NCBI RefSeq assembly: GCF_018350175.1
Contig: NC_058373.1
Span: 102,612,001 to 102,676,000, forward strand
Direction of reading: 5' to 3'
Source: Felis catus
Lineage: Eukaryota
Length of the DNA: 64,000 nucleotides
Below are positions 50,395 to 63,345 of this stretch, piece after piece. The position numbers and the translations under genes are program-made. Positions within the stretch are counted from its first letter, which is position 1, and every line of letters begins with the position of its first letter. Under the pieces are notes generated by a model. That model saw nothing but the letters and a program-made list of their open reading frames with translations, made no database searches and had not been told where the DNA came from.

Positions 50395-51719
50395 TGGAGA
50401 ACAAAATCTTTTAAATGCACATTTTATATTTAAACATCTAATGTGAAGTTGTGCATGTTGTAAATATTGCTGGTTTGGTTTAATTTGTTGCTTCTGGTCT
50501 GACCTCACTAGGTTATACTCTTGAGAATTATTTGGGTAAAAGTGGTGATGGTTTATGCTGAAATATCCAATATCTAATGTTCTCTTGCCCGACTCCTTAG
50601 GCCATGGTTCATCCATGCAACATGGCTGGTTAGGGTGAAGCTTGTAGGCAGTGGTGGTTAAATGGAGTTTTGTTGTTTCTTATGCAACACTAAGCAGCCT
50701 GCATGTGGCCCACATTTTTTATTTAGTTTTACTGAATAGCTGATACTAATCACCAGATCTAAGCTATTCGGCAAATGACACCAGTCATGTGAAGACTAAA
50801 GAATAATGAATTCATCTTCTACCCTGAGCATTATTTAGGTCTCTTATTAGTAAAAGTGTAGCTTCCACTATTAAAGAGTGTCATGAAAATGTTAAGAGAG
50901 GACCCCAAAGATGAGGTGGGAACTGGAAAGTAAGACCAGATAATAACTATTTTAGAGAAAGGAGAAGAATGTGAGGGGGGATTTTTATAAACTCTTCAAG
51001 TACTTACAAAGAAACGCGACCATCGCAGCAGATACAAGAAAAGGTTTAAAACCACACTGATTTTTGTCCTCACATTTTTGTTTTCTGAAAATTTTCTAGA
51101 AGAACCATATGTTTCTTTTGGATTTTTTTTCTTCAGCATTTTACTGGGGAAAAATTTCAAACACACAGAAAAGTTGGAAAACAGTGCAATATACACCTGC
51201 ACGCCTACGTCTTAGACTCAACAGTTGTTGACATTTTTCCACATTTCCTTTATCCTTGTATAGTTTTGTGGAATCATTTGAAAATATGTGATAGACATTA
51301 TGATTTTTACTCCTACATACTTCAACAGGTGTTTTGCAATTCCATATATTATTACATTCAAGAAAATTAACAGTGGTCCTCTAATATTATCCAATACTCA
51401 GTCCATTTTCAGATAACCCCAATTTGTATCCCAAATGTCTTTCATAACATTTTTTTTGATGATGGTCCAATCAAGTTTAAGTTATCACATTTCTTTGTTT
51501 GTCTCTTTAATATGTAGCAGTCTTGCCAGCTTCTTGAGTTAAGGTCAGAAAAAATAGATGCTAAAAAACAGGATGTTTTCTAAAAATTTTGCATATATTA
51601 CTTCATTTGGTATTTGTAGTCATAATTATGATTAAAATGTGAACAGATTTTTAAAAATGGAAGAAAATTTAAAATGTTACCTCTGTATTTGAGTCTATTA
51701 GGTAATAATATTTTTTTGC

Positions 51720-51721
51720 AT

Positions 51722-51780
<59 letters not shown>

Positions 51781-51785
51781 TATTT
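51720..51785. repeat. (TTTA)n microsatellite
   Basis: Direct reading. Confidence 0.95.
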
Positions 51786-51831
51786 GCCAAGTGTGTTTTT
51801 AACAATGAATGTGCAATTAAAAATGTGCCCA

Positions 51832-53545
51832 ATGGAACTAGAGTGTATTATGCTAAGAGAAATAAGTCAGTCAGATAAAGACAAATATCATGTGATCTCA
51901 TTCCTGTGTGGAATTAAAGAAACAAAACAGATGAACATAGAGAAAGAGAAGGGAAAATAAGATAAAAACAGAGAGGTAGGCAAACCATAAGAAATTCTTA
52001 AATACAGAGAATAGACTGAGGGTTGCTAGAGGGAGGAGGGAGGGAGATGGGCTAGATGGATTATGGGTATTAAGGGGGACACTTGTGATGAGCATTGGGT
52101 GTTTTTTTTAATTTTAATTTTTTAATTTTTAATTTTTGTTTATTTATTCATTTATTCATTCATTTTTAATAGGAAATTTATTGTCAAATTGGTTTCCATA
52201 CAACACCCAGTGCTCATCCCAACAGGTGCCCTCCTCAATACCCCTCACCTACCCTCCCCTCCCTCCCACCCCCCATCAACCCTCAGTTTGTTCTCAGTTT
52301 TTTTTTTTTAATGTTTTATTTATTTTTGAGACAGAGAGAGACAGAGCATGAACGGGGGAGGGTCAGAGAGGGAGGGAGACACAGAATCCGAAGCAGGCTC
52401 CAGGCTCTGAGCTGTCAGCACAGAGCCTGACGTGGGGCTCGAACTCACAGACCGCGAGACCATGACCCTAGCCGAAGTCGGACGCTTAACCGACTGAGCC
52501 ACCCAGGCGCCCCTGTTCTCAGTTTTTAAGAGTCTCTTATGTTTTGGCTCCCTCCCTCTCTAACCTTTTTTTTTTTTTTCCTTCCCCTCCCCCATGGTCT
52601 TCTGTTAAGTTTCTCAGGACCCACATAAGAGTGAAAACATATGATATCTGTCTTTCTCTGTATGACTTATTTCACTTAGCATAACACTCTCCAGTTCCAT
52701 CCACGTTGGTACAAAAGGCTATATTTCATTCTTTCTCATTGCCATGTAGTATTCCATTGTATATATAAACCACAATTTCTTTATCCATTCATCAGTTGAT
52801 GGACATTTAGGCTCTTCCCATAATTTGGCTATTGTTGAGAGTGCTGCTATAAACATTGGGGTACAAGAGCCCCTATGCATCAGCACTCCTGTATCCCTTG
52901 GGTAAATTCCTAGTGGTGCTATTGCTGGGTCATAGGGTAAATCTATTTTTAATTTTTTGAGAAACCTCCACACTGTTTTCCAAAACGGCTGCACCAGTTT
53001 GCATTCCCACCAACAGTGCAAGAGGGTTCCCATTTCTCCACATCCCCTCCAGCATCTATAGTCTCCTGATTTGTTCATTTTAGCCACTCTGACTGGCGTG
53101 AGGTGGTATCTCAGTATGGTTTTGATTTGTATTTCCCTGGTGAGGAGTGACGTTGAGCATCTTTTCATGTGCCTGTTGGCCATCCGGATGTCTTCTTTAG
53201 AGAAGTGTCTGTTCATGTTTTCTGCCCATTTTTTCACTGGATTATTTGTTTTTCGGGTGAGTTCTTTATAGATTTTGGATAGGAACGCTTTATCCGATAT
53301 GTCATTTGCAAATATCTTTTTCATTCCGTTGGTTGCCTTTTAGTTTTGTTGATTATTTCCTTTGCAGTGCAGAAGCTTTTTATCTTGATGGGGTCCCAAT
53401 AATTCATTTTTGCTTTTAATTCCCTTGCCTTTGGGCCATTGGATGTTACATGTAAGTAGTGAATCACTAAGTTCTACTCCTGAAACCAATACTATACTAT
53501 ATGTTAACTAACTTGAATTTAACTAAAATCTTAGAAAGAAAAAAA
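51832..53545 (+). mobile_element. Carnivore L1 3' end (51832-52103 and 53436-53545), split by a younger L1
   Basis: atggaactagagtgtattatgctaag...gatgagcattgggtgtt resumes as ccattggatgttacatgtaag; TSD atgtgcccaa/atgtgtccaa. Confidence 0.88.
52104..53435 (-). mobile_element. Young feline L1, 5'-truncated, with the ORF2 C-terminal frame 52719-53324; contains a Can-SINE at 52303-52513 (-)
   Basis: 201-aa ORF with the Cys-rich region [25 protein letters not shown] tgttctcagttttt. Confidence 0.95.
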
Positions 53546-54109
53546 CATGTGTCCAAGGTTGAGGTTAGACTAACAGAAGGATTACACAGCAGTGAAGGCA
53601 ACACTAAACATTTAAACACTGAAGTAGCTGTTTGAGCAGACTGTTGAGTTACATGTAATGTTTTTAGAGATAAGAATGATTCCTACCTATCTGGTATGGG
53701 TAGGAGTATTTCGCCTGAGGTGACAGGAGAGATATTAACTCCCTTTTTTTTATGCTGTACAAGCAGTTTATAAACTAGCCTGTTGGCATGTTGGCAGTAG
53801 AGTGGAAGAAGCTTGGATTTGGGAGTTTCAGACTCAGCTTTGCCACTTATTAGCCATTTGGCCTAGACAAATTACTTGACTCTCTGAGCCTGCTTTCTCG
53901 ACTAAAAAATGGGCACAATTACATCTCACTCGACTGTTGTTAGAATTAGCAATTATAAGCAGTGTATGAAAAGTAGCTGATATCATAGTTATAATTCAGA
54001 TATAATTTAGCTTAAACAACACCTTATTTAATATTTATATTGAGTAAGAAACTGTCATAAGGTGGTTAGTCTATAATAATATGTTATATACCATTTTCTA
54101 GTTTCAAAT

Positions 54110-54460
54110 TAAAAAAATTTTTTTAACATTTATTTATTTTTGAGAGGCAGAGAGAGGCAGAGCATGAGCAGGGGAGGGGAAGAGAGAGAGGGAGACACAG
54201 AATCTGAAGCAGGCTCCAGGCTCTGAGCTGTTTGTTAGCACAGAGCCTGATGCAGGGCTCAAACCCACCAACTGTGAGACTATGACCTGAGCTGAATTTG
54301 GACACTCAACCGACTGAGCCACCCAGGCGCCCCATAGTTTCAAAATTTTAAAAAATACATGATCTCAGGGCACCTGGCTGGCTCAGTCAGTAGGGCATGC
54401 AACCCTTGATCTCAGGTTGTGAGTTCAAGCCCCATGTTGGGTGTAGGATTACCTTAAAAA
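54110..54460. mobile_element. Can-SINE 54110-54333 (-) and short-form SINE 54368-54455 (+)
   Basis: TSDs tagtttcaaa and aaaaaatacatgatctca. Confidence 0.88.
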
Positions 54461-54642
54461 AATACATGATCTCATTTGATTCTCACACTAACCCTTAGAG
54501 CTAAGTACTTGTCTCATCTGCTAATCAGGGAGGAAACTAAAACTCTGAGAAGTGAAATGACTTGTCCAAGGTCACTCAGCTAAGAAGGAGCACAGTAAGG
54601 TTCTGTGATTGCAAATTCAATATTAAAAAAAAACCAAAAACC

Positions 54643-54688
54643 TCCTTATAAGGAAGTGTATAAAATCCTTATAAGGAAGTGCATAGAA
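54643..54688. repeat. 23-bp tandem duplication, each unit with palindrome TCCTTATAAGGA (CArG consensus)
   Basis: ccttataagg at 54644-54653 and 54667-54676. Confidence 0.9.
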
Positions 54689-54904
54689 TCAAAGTTTGTT
54701 TCTTCCAATTACTAGGTATATTTGGATGAAGTGTACATTTTTCAATGCTGAATTCTGTTAGAAGAGTTTATATGATGCTGGCTGGTAGCCATTCTTATAT
54801 TGCTGATTAGGTTGAATGTTACATGTGTGCTCATTATTTAAGCTAATAAGCTAAAAAAGATATCAGGAATAATTGAAACCTACATATAAATGAAAACTTA
54901 CATC

Positions 54905-55081
54905 TTATTTGTTTTTTAGAGAGAGAGTGTGCACTTGCCAGCAGGGGAGTGACAGAGAGAATCTTAAACAGGCTCCACACCCAGTGTGCTGAGTGAGATG
55001 CAGAACTCAGTCTCGTGAGATCATGACCTGAGCCAAAATCAAGAGTTGGATGCTTAACTGACTGAGCCACTCAGGTGCCCC
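54905..55081 (-). mobile_element. Can-SINE
   Basis: TSD aaaacttacat. Confidence 0.88.
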
Positions 55082-55623
55082 AAAACTTACATTTTAAATG
55101 TTTGTATATCTAAGGGTTTATGTTTTGGCAGTCAACCTAGTGCAGTGGCACATGCATAGGGATTGGAGTCAAACAGATCTGGGTTTAGGTGCTGGTTTTT
55201 GAGTTCTGTGTCCTTGAGCTAGTTACTCAGTGTGAGCCCAGTGCTATACTATAGGGTGGTTTTGGTAATTGTGTGAGATAATGTACATTAAATACCTGCA
55301 CAGTGCATATATGCACAGTCAGTACTGGTTCGTCTTTCTTCATCAAATCCACTAGTTTTCAATCATTGGACGAGTTTTTGAAGATGTGAGACATGACTGT
55401 GGTTTCAGTAATGTTAAATTATGCTACAAAGTAGCTACAAAGTAGCTTTTCCTCTCTGCCCATTCCTGCCCAAGTTTCCCTTGAAAGGCCCCAGGGAAGT
55501 CTTGGGATAACTCCCTTCTGCTTATATGAGATTTTAATATTTCCTGTAGCTATTCAGAAGTGAAACAAAGATTGTTCTGCTTCTCTATTATTGAAGAATA
55601 AGCCATTTAAAAATCATAAAAAT

Positions 55624-55832
55624 TGGGGCACCTAGGTGGCTCAATTAGTTAAGTGTCCAACTTTGGCTCAGGTCATGATATCAGAGTTCATGGGTTAGAG
55701 CCCCACATTGGGCTCTCTGCTGTCGATGCGGAGCCCCCTTGGGATCCTCTGCCTCCCTCCCTCTCTGTTCCTCCCCTGCTCGCTCTCTCTCCCTCTCTCA
55801 AAAAATAAATAAAAACATTTTAAAAATTATAA
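55624..55832 (+). mobile_element. Can-SINE
   Basis: Head, (CT)n, A-tail. Confidence 0.9.
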
Positions 55833-55834
55833 AA

Positions 55835-56265
55835 ATTATATAGGGTGAGAAATTCAAGCAGAGCTTGGCTGGGTGATTCTTCTCCATGTGGTACTGACTA
55901 GGGCCACTGGTGGTATTTAACTTGTGGTGTAGAAAGTCTGGGATTCTGGACGCCTTCATTCACTTATCTGGCCCAGTGGTAGATACAGTTAGAAGGCAAG
56001 GCCCAGGTGGGTCTCTCTTCCTCCCCATGTAGTCTCACAACTTCCCCACATGGTCTTTCTAGCAAAGTTGTTGGACTTTTCACATAGTAGCTCAGGGCTC
56101 TAAGATCTGTGGTTCCATGAGACAGGAAGTAGAGCTGCCTATCTCTTAGAGCCTGGGCCCAGAACTTGGGACATTTACTTCTAGCATATCCTATTGGCCT
56201 TTGCAGATTCAAGAGGAGGGGACACAGAACCTACCTCTCCATGCAAAGAGTGGCAAGTAATTTGT
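55835..56265 (-). mobile_element. MaLR (MLT1) LTR fragment
   Basis: gaaattcaagcagagcttggctgggtgattcttctcc...cagattcaagaggaggggacacagaacctacctctc. Confidence 0.75.
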
Positions 56266-58529
56266 CATGAAAGCACCTGAATACCATATGCTTGAAGAGA
56301 CAACATGTCAAAGGGGCACAATGCAGATTTCCAATAAACACAGTTACGTGCTAGATACTTTGTTGGGATAGCTGATCACTTGTGAATCTACAGCCGCAGA
56401 TGTTCCTATGCACTTCTCCATTCCATTAATGGGTGGAGAAGGTGTACCTGGAATCTGCCCTTTACTTCTAGTTCTGTGAATTGCTTCATTATACTTTCAT
56501 CTCTGCCATCCCTGATCTGATGGAATAGGAGATGTAATCTGTTACTCACATATTACTCAAATCTCTGTATAACTCACCACTTCTGGGAAATCTTCCCTAG
56601 ACAAAACAGGAATAGCTAGCTTTCTCTCTCTGCTGGAGAGATGTGTACTGTGTGTCTTTAAAACTTTTCCAAAATTCAGAACAAAGAGAATTATTATCAG
56701 AAGACGCATTCTAGTAAATTGTGCTTTGTTAAATTAAAAAAAAAAAAGAGATGAGTACTCTTCAGGTGATAGTGTTACACTCTACAGCTTTCAATCAAAT
56801 TTAATTTCTGAGTTGTTACACTTAGTGATACCTCAGATGCTAATCCTTTAGCAGGTTAGTTGCTGTCTCAGTAGTTTTTGGAAGGTAGTAAGCAGCAATC
56901 AAGATTAATTATATTTTAGGTTAATTATATGTTAATTATAGTTATATTATACTATATTTAAAAATGTACAGGGTAGGTCTTAATTCCTAATAGGGCTTAC
57001 CATGCATAACAGTTCTAGTTAGTCTTTTTTTTTAGCTGTGAATAAATAGAAATCTTATAAAGAATCAAGCATCTACTCACTTTCCTTTTAAAAAGTCAAA
57101 AGTCCAATCATCCAGAAAAATTGAAATAGCTGATACATTTATGCTTCTTTATTTCAAACTATGGCACACAAAAATGAGTGAGTTCTGACCGTAAAACTTA
57201 GTATATTTAGGGTAAACATGTCCCCAAACTCGACTTACTGTCTTATATACAAATGTACTTAAATATTACTGTCTCTAAAATGACACTGAGGTTTTACTGA
57301 AGTCAGAAAAATGATAAAAATTTTTATTCTAGCCTAAAACCTGTCTTGGTACTAACCAGAGGAAGTTAGGTGATTGTTTGTGAGCTAAATCAAGAGTCCT
57401 TAAACTCCATTATATAAATGATGCACTTCCCCCTTTGTATTGAGTTTAATGGTCTCACTCTTCAATAAAGCTGGAACCTTTGGCACATGCTTAGGAGACA
57501 GCCAGTGGTTTAGAGATTGCTTTGAAGGCATTGGGGCAGCTGAGGGACTAACACTACTGAGAAAGGAAAAAGGACACTTCTGGAGTTAAAATAAGACAGA
57601 ATGCATTTTTGGAGGAAATAGTGGCTGGAGACTGGCAGAATTCTCAACATCTCAGGCTAACACATTCTTGCTCAGTTTTCATTTGTACTTTGGAGGTGCT
57701 CTAGAAAGCTTAGACAAAAATAATTACAATACAAACGTATAGTGCGTTTTTAGCCAGCCCATATACAGGAAATTCTCTGTTGGTGTAGGAACTGTTCTGA
57801 TGTTCATTCCTTAAAGATTGCTTTTATTCCTCCTTGGTCGGGATGTAGGGGGAGGAGTTAGTGAAGAGTCCTCGTTTTATTTATCTCTATCCACACTCTA
57901 AAAGCGTTTGAATCATTTTTGAGGAGAATCTGGGGGTGTTTGTATATGTTCTGGGCAGTGCTTGGCATTCTGCAAGAGACTGATGAGCAATAAGCAATGG
58001 TAATCAGCACATCTCCTTTGCCAGTGGAGCAGGAAGATCGCTGCTATCCTCTCAGCAAAGAGCAGACTAATAAGCAGGGATTCGGGCCAACCTCTCCCTT
58101 CCGAGGCAGCTTCTTGTTATTTACTCTGGCTTAATGAATGGCCACCAGCTGGCAGACACAGCAGTTTCATAATATTTGCACACAATTTGTTTGGGTCAGT
58201 TTTTAATTTCTCTTTCCGTTTGAAGCCAGGGTTACCCGAAGGAGAATTCAGACAAACTCTGGAGACAGAGGAGCGGATTTCGTTTTCTAGTGATTTCTGG
58301 GAGGAAATCTGGGACGCGCAGGGTGAAATCGAGGATCGTTTGGTTAAGGTTAAAAAAAAACAACAAAAAAAACCCCAACCAGTGTGGGGGCCAGGTGGTG
58401 CTTCAGTGGGAGGGCCATGCAAGACGAAACCAGCTTTGGGGTAAGGAGGGAGCGAGGGAACGAGAGCAGGGCTAATGAATGAAGGGAATTCCGCTGAGCC
58501 TCCAAACCCTGGACTCCCACCCTCCACCT

Positions 58530-59780
58530 AGCTGCGGGACTTTGCCTCGGGAGGAAAGCCCCGGAATCCCAAGCTAGCTGCACGCTGGGGCTTACCGGAG
58601 CCCACGGACGCGTGCGCCAGGGCAAAGGCGGCGGGCGCCTGTCCCTTTAAGGGGCTGGTCTCCGGGCACCGCCGGCCCAGACGCCGGGACGTGCCGGGGG
58701 CCGCCCCGCCCCGAAGCCGCCCGTTTCCTGCCGGGCGGCGCGACGGCACCTGAGCAACTGCGGCGGCGGCGGCGGCGCCTCTGAGCGGGCGGCCGGGGCT
58801 GTAGTGCCCGTGCCGCCGCGTCTTCCCGGTCTCCTTCCCCGGCTGCTTAGGGTAAGGGTGAGCAGGCCGCGCCGGGCCGGGCGCCGGCCTTGGGGACCAG
58901 GGTAGGGAGGGCTGTGCCGGCCGCGGTGTCCCAGGGCGGGCGGGAGGGCCGCGCCGGACGGGGGGCGCGGCCCCGGGGCCCGGACACCGCCCGCCGCTGC
59001 CACAGCCCGCTGGGTAGGCCTCGGGCACCGGGTCGCCCCTGTGAAGCTCCTGCCTGGGTCGGTCCGCCGCGGTGGGAAGGCTCCGAGGGGCCGCTTGGCC
59101 TCGCCCGGCCGCCCAGGGCCCGACCCCGGCTCCGCCGCGGCGCCTACAAGTGTGGCCGGGGAGTCCCCCGGGGACGTCTCCCGGTGCGAGGTTGGCCGGA
59201 GAGGGCCCTGGGGTGACCGAGGCGCCTATTTTTAGCTGGGCCTGTGGGCCCCCAGGAGGAAGGCGGATTACCGCCTCCTCGGCCGGCGGACAGAGGGAGC
59301 GCGTCTCCGGCGGCGTCCCTGGGCCGGAGCTGGGCCATGCTTACGCCATGCTGGAATTTCAGTTCTCGCTGCCCCTCCGGATACTTAGGGAACCGGTGCT
59401 GGCCCTCTTCCCAGTGCCCCCTCCCACCGCCGGGTGCGTGTCCCTGGGTCACGGTCGGGAAGGCGGGGGGGGAGTTGGGGCTGGGAAAGATGCGTTTGGG
59501 GAGAGTTTGGAAAAATCTCTGGACCGCCCTCGAGACGGGGGAAGTTATCCCTTCCTCTCCCTGAGGGGTGTGTCTTCCTTAGTGATTCCCCCTCCCCCTT
59601 CAGTTTCCAACAATGAGAATTTTGGCGTTGGGGAGCTAGGCAGAAAACCAAACCGGCAGCCTAGGAAAGTCATACGGTAATCAGACACCAGGTGTGGGAT
59701 GTGCAGCCCCGCACGTTGGTTGTCGAGGAGCATGTGTGCACCAGAGAAGGGCAGCTCCCGGCGCCGGGAGCGGCATCCTA
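58530..59780. promoter_or_regulatory. CpG island promoter, probably bidirectional
   Basis: Abrupt switch to very high GC and CpG; overlapping GC boxes ccgccccgccccg at 58701-58713; NRF1-like gcgtgcgc ~58610; ETS-like tttcctg ~58725. Confidence 0.93.
58740..58851 (+). other. KTN1: Non-coding first exon (5' UTR), probably kinectin 1; start approximate; intron 1 appears to run beyond the window
   Basis: No ATG; donor AGG|gtaagg at 58852; gccgccgcgtcttcccggtctcctt..ccggc resembles my recollection of the human KTN1 5' UTR (not database-verified). Confidence 0.6.
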
Positions 59781-60793
59781 ACCTTGTACAGCTGCGGCTT
59801 GATCAGGTTAAAGAGCGGGCTGTTTACTTTTAGCCTTTCCTTCTGGGAGGAAGGAGGAATCGAAATTCGTAGTTGGGCCTGTATCAGAAAAGGAATCCTT
59901 AGAAGGTATGTGAATAGGCACTGCTTAAAGAGCTAACTGTTCCAAGTTGTGGGTTTTTTGAGATGCTTTGTGGAAAGTCTTGAAAATTTTAGACAGCCGT
60001 AGCCTGCTATGGATAAACACCTTGGGGTGAACAGAGCACTTTGAATTGTTTAGGAATTGATTTAAAAATTGAGTTTTTGCTAAATTAGGTTGCACTTGTT
60101 CTATCTCACCTAGTAGGCAAATGGCCACACTGCCTCCAGCTTGGCTAAAACGGTTGCCAACAAGACTGGGATGATCTTTGCAAGAATAACACTGAGTACT
60201 TTGGAGTTGATCTGTATTTGGGGTAGACGTGCCCTGCTGTAGGCTTTCATATTTACTGTGCTTTCTGATAAACAAGCTCTCCCTCCTCCCCGTTTCATTC
60301 AAAGATCTAACAAGAAATAGCTGGGTTTATTGTTTGTAGGTTCTAAGAAAAATTCATCTTCCTTTGTAAAATTAGAAATATCTTTTCTAATTGTACAGCA
60401 TGAGCGGTCATAACTGTATCTCTGTCCAGTGTGCTTAGAGAATGCGGTGTTCTATTTACTTTACCTTTATGAGACTCATAATCACACTGAAGCTTAAAAT
60501 AAAAGAAAGCCAATGAAAAATTTTCTTTAAATATTAAGCTCTTTAAAATTGTAAGGGATATTGAGTATTAACCTTTTCTTGATGACTCAGGGTCAGCATT
60601 CCGAAGAGTCATTAATTTATGATTTTGTTCCAATTTAGGTTTTTCTATGTCATCCCTTAGCATCAGTAGTCTTTTCTGCTTGATGCAAGTGTTTTCTTGG
60701 GTCTCTGACCCCAAGCATCCTTCCAGTTTGTAGGCTTTAATGTGGGAAGAACATTGTAATAATTAGCTGTTAATTAAGTCAATATGGCTTTTT

Positions 60794-60832
60794 AATTTTT
60801 TATTTAATTTTTAAATTTTTTAAATGTTTTTT

Positions 60833-60904
<72 letters not shown>

Positions 60905-61049
60905 CAGAGAGAGAGGGAGATACAGAATCTGAAGCAGGCTCCAGGCTCTGAGCTGTCAGCACAGAGCCCGGTGCGGGACCGGAACTCACTGTGAGATCAT
61001 GACCTGAGCTGAAGTCAGATGCTTAACCAATTGAGCCACCTAGGCGCCC
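60794..61049 (-). mobile_element. Can-SINE with long (GA)n
   Basis: TSD tcaatatggcttttt. Confidence 0.93.
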
Positions 61050-61209
61050 AATCAATATGGCTTTTTTAAAGTGCCTAAGAAGTGAACGCTTTTTTGAAGC
61101 TTCTACGACTCACGGTTTTTACTGTTATTAAAGTTAAAATAGAATTTTCCTTAAAAATATGGAAGATACAATTTTAGTTAAATATTATAATTTTTGTGTG
61201 GCAAAGTTT

Positions 61210-61443
61210 TTTTTTTTTTTTTAATTTTTTTAATGTTTATTCTTAGAGAGAGAGAGCGAGAGAGCGCGCGCGCACGCGCATGAATGGGGGGAGGGGCAGA
61301 GAGAGAAACGGAGATGTGAAATCCGAAGCAGGCTCCAGGCTCTGAGCTGTCAGCACAGAGCCCAACTTGTGGCTCGAACCCATAAGCCATGAGATCATGA
61401 CCTGAGCTGAAGTCAGACGCTTAAGAGCCACCCAGCTGCCCCT
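61210..61443 (-). mobile_element. Can-SINE
   Basis: TSD tgtggcaaagtttt/tgtagcaaagtttt. Confidence 0.92.
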
Positions 61444-62354
61444 GTAGCAAAGTTTTAATCTAAAGGATCTCATAATACTTTGTAAAAATTTCATTTGTTA
61501 GTAAATTTAGTATTTTCAGGAAGTACTTTTGGATTTTTCAGGAATCTGACCTCTAATATGTAATAAAGAAATGTAGAGAGACCATGCTTTGCAGGAGCAT
61601 CAAATATTTGAGGGTAACATCTTATAAGCTGCTTGTTCTGTGTACTCTTTAAGTTTTTAGTTATTTTGAAGGTAAATCCAGACTACTTAGAGGCTAGAAG
61701 CGAGTAACTGGTTCTTTAGAAATGACATTAATCACTGTTATGCATAGAGTTGAGTTTCATTCCTTTCTCTTTCCGTTTTTGTTAACATGACTTTGGATGT
61801 TCTCATCCTAAAAATGTAGTTTATGTGCAAATCACAGGGAAAACATTGATTTAGATAGGAGTATATGCTACTTTTTCTATAAACAAAATTAAAATCAAAC
61901 GGGGAAAAAATCTTAAGCAATATGAACTAAGGAGTTTGATTAACTTAACCTGTGGTATCTGAGCTCTAGAAAAAGAAAAGTAATGACAATTTATAATTAT
62001 TTGTATGCCGGGCTGTTGACTTGCTGTTTAAATGAGTTTTTGGTCTTTGAGAGAGATGGCAGTGCAGACCATTTAGGCTTTTTTTTCCCTCCTCTAATGT
62101 TACAGACTTTTATGTTAAAAAGATAAAATAGACAAAATATACTTTTAGTGCTAAGACTAATTTTAGTAGAGACTCCAATAGAAAATAGAGTATTTCTAGG
62201 AATTATTTAAGAAATGTTCCACTCCTTTTATAAAAGTTATGATTTAGTATTTTACATATCACTTTACTACAGTCTGATTAAGAACTTTTAACTTAAATCT
62301 GGTTTCAGCGAAGTGATTTGTGTACAGAGTGGAACTTAATTTGTTTATACTCCC

Positions 62355-63345
62355 CTCCTTCAGGGACAGTGTTTTTTGGGTTTCTTTCCTCACTAATTGC
62401 TTTGCTCTTTCTGCCTTATGATTCATCCTCTACTCTTGAAGTTGAAGTGCTCAGTCCTTGGTTCACTTTTCTTTTTATATTTCTCTGGTGATCTCATCCA
62501 GTGTCATGGCTTTAAATACCTATATGCTGATGGCTTCCATATTTATATGTCCGGCCCAGGCTCTCCTTCTGCACTCCAGACAACCTATTCTGCATTTCTG
62601 CTTGTAGGTGAAGTACTCAATTCAAACTGAACTTCATTTTTCTCTTTAAACCTGCCTCAGATACAGTCTAGTTCATCTCATTTGGTGGTAGCTCCATCCA
62701 ACATTCATGCAAAAAAAAAGTTGGAGTCATTTCTGACTTATCTCTTTCACACTTGGCATTCTTGGTTCTATCTTATCTTGAAAATATATCTAGAGTCAAG
62801 TCACTTCTTACCACCTGTATTGCTTTCAAGGCTGGTCCTGGCCATCTTATCTCTAGCCTAGATTTCTGTAGTTAGCCTCCTAACTGGCCTTCCTGCTTCT
62901 TCCCTAGCTCCCGTTGGTCTTTTTCAACTCAGCAACTAGATTCTATCACTTCTCTCCTCAAAACCCTGCAATGACTTCTCATAGGCAAAGTAAAAGCCTT
63001 TACATTGGCTGTTGTCCCTCTTTGGATCACTTTTTCCCTAAAAAACCATCATGGCCAACCCTGTAGTCTTCAAATCTTTGTTCTTCAAATGTTTTTCAAA
63101 AGGTCTATCTTATTTTATTTGAAGCTGTACTCCCCTACTTATGATCCCTATATCTTGCTCTGTTTTCTCCGTGGCATTTGCCACCTTCCAACACTATATA
63201 ATTTCTTTGTTGATTGTGTTCATTGTCCCTCCTCTGTGTCCCCAACACACACTATAACCTCTGTGAAGGCATGGCTTTTTGTCTGTTTTGTTTATTGATG
63301 GATCTTAAGGGTTTCGGTCAGTTCAATAAAGATTTATTAAATATC
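62355..63345 (+). mobile_element. L2 3' region
   Basis: gatctcatccagtgtcatggctttaaatacctatatgctgatggcttcc ... ttcaataaagatttatt. Confidence 0.85.

Noticed and set aside
52719..53324. 201-aa ORF as a host gene or active L1
   Set aside because: C-terminal fragment of ORF2 in a 5'-truncated L1 with no promoter, EN or RT domain
58528..59680. Long GC-rich ORFs (166, 202, 118 aa etc.)
   Set aside because: Overlapping on both strands, Pro/Gly/Arg/Ala-rich, crossing a splice donor; expected from stop-codon scarcity in a CpG island
5899..61494. Recurrent MAQSVK.../GRERERER/LSLSLS ORFs as a gene family or CRISPR-like array
   Set aside because: Translations of dispersed Can-SINEs; no regular repeat-spacer structure
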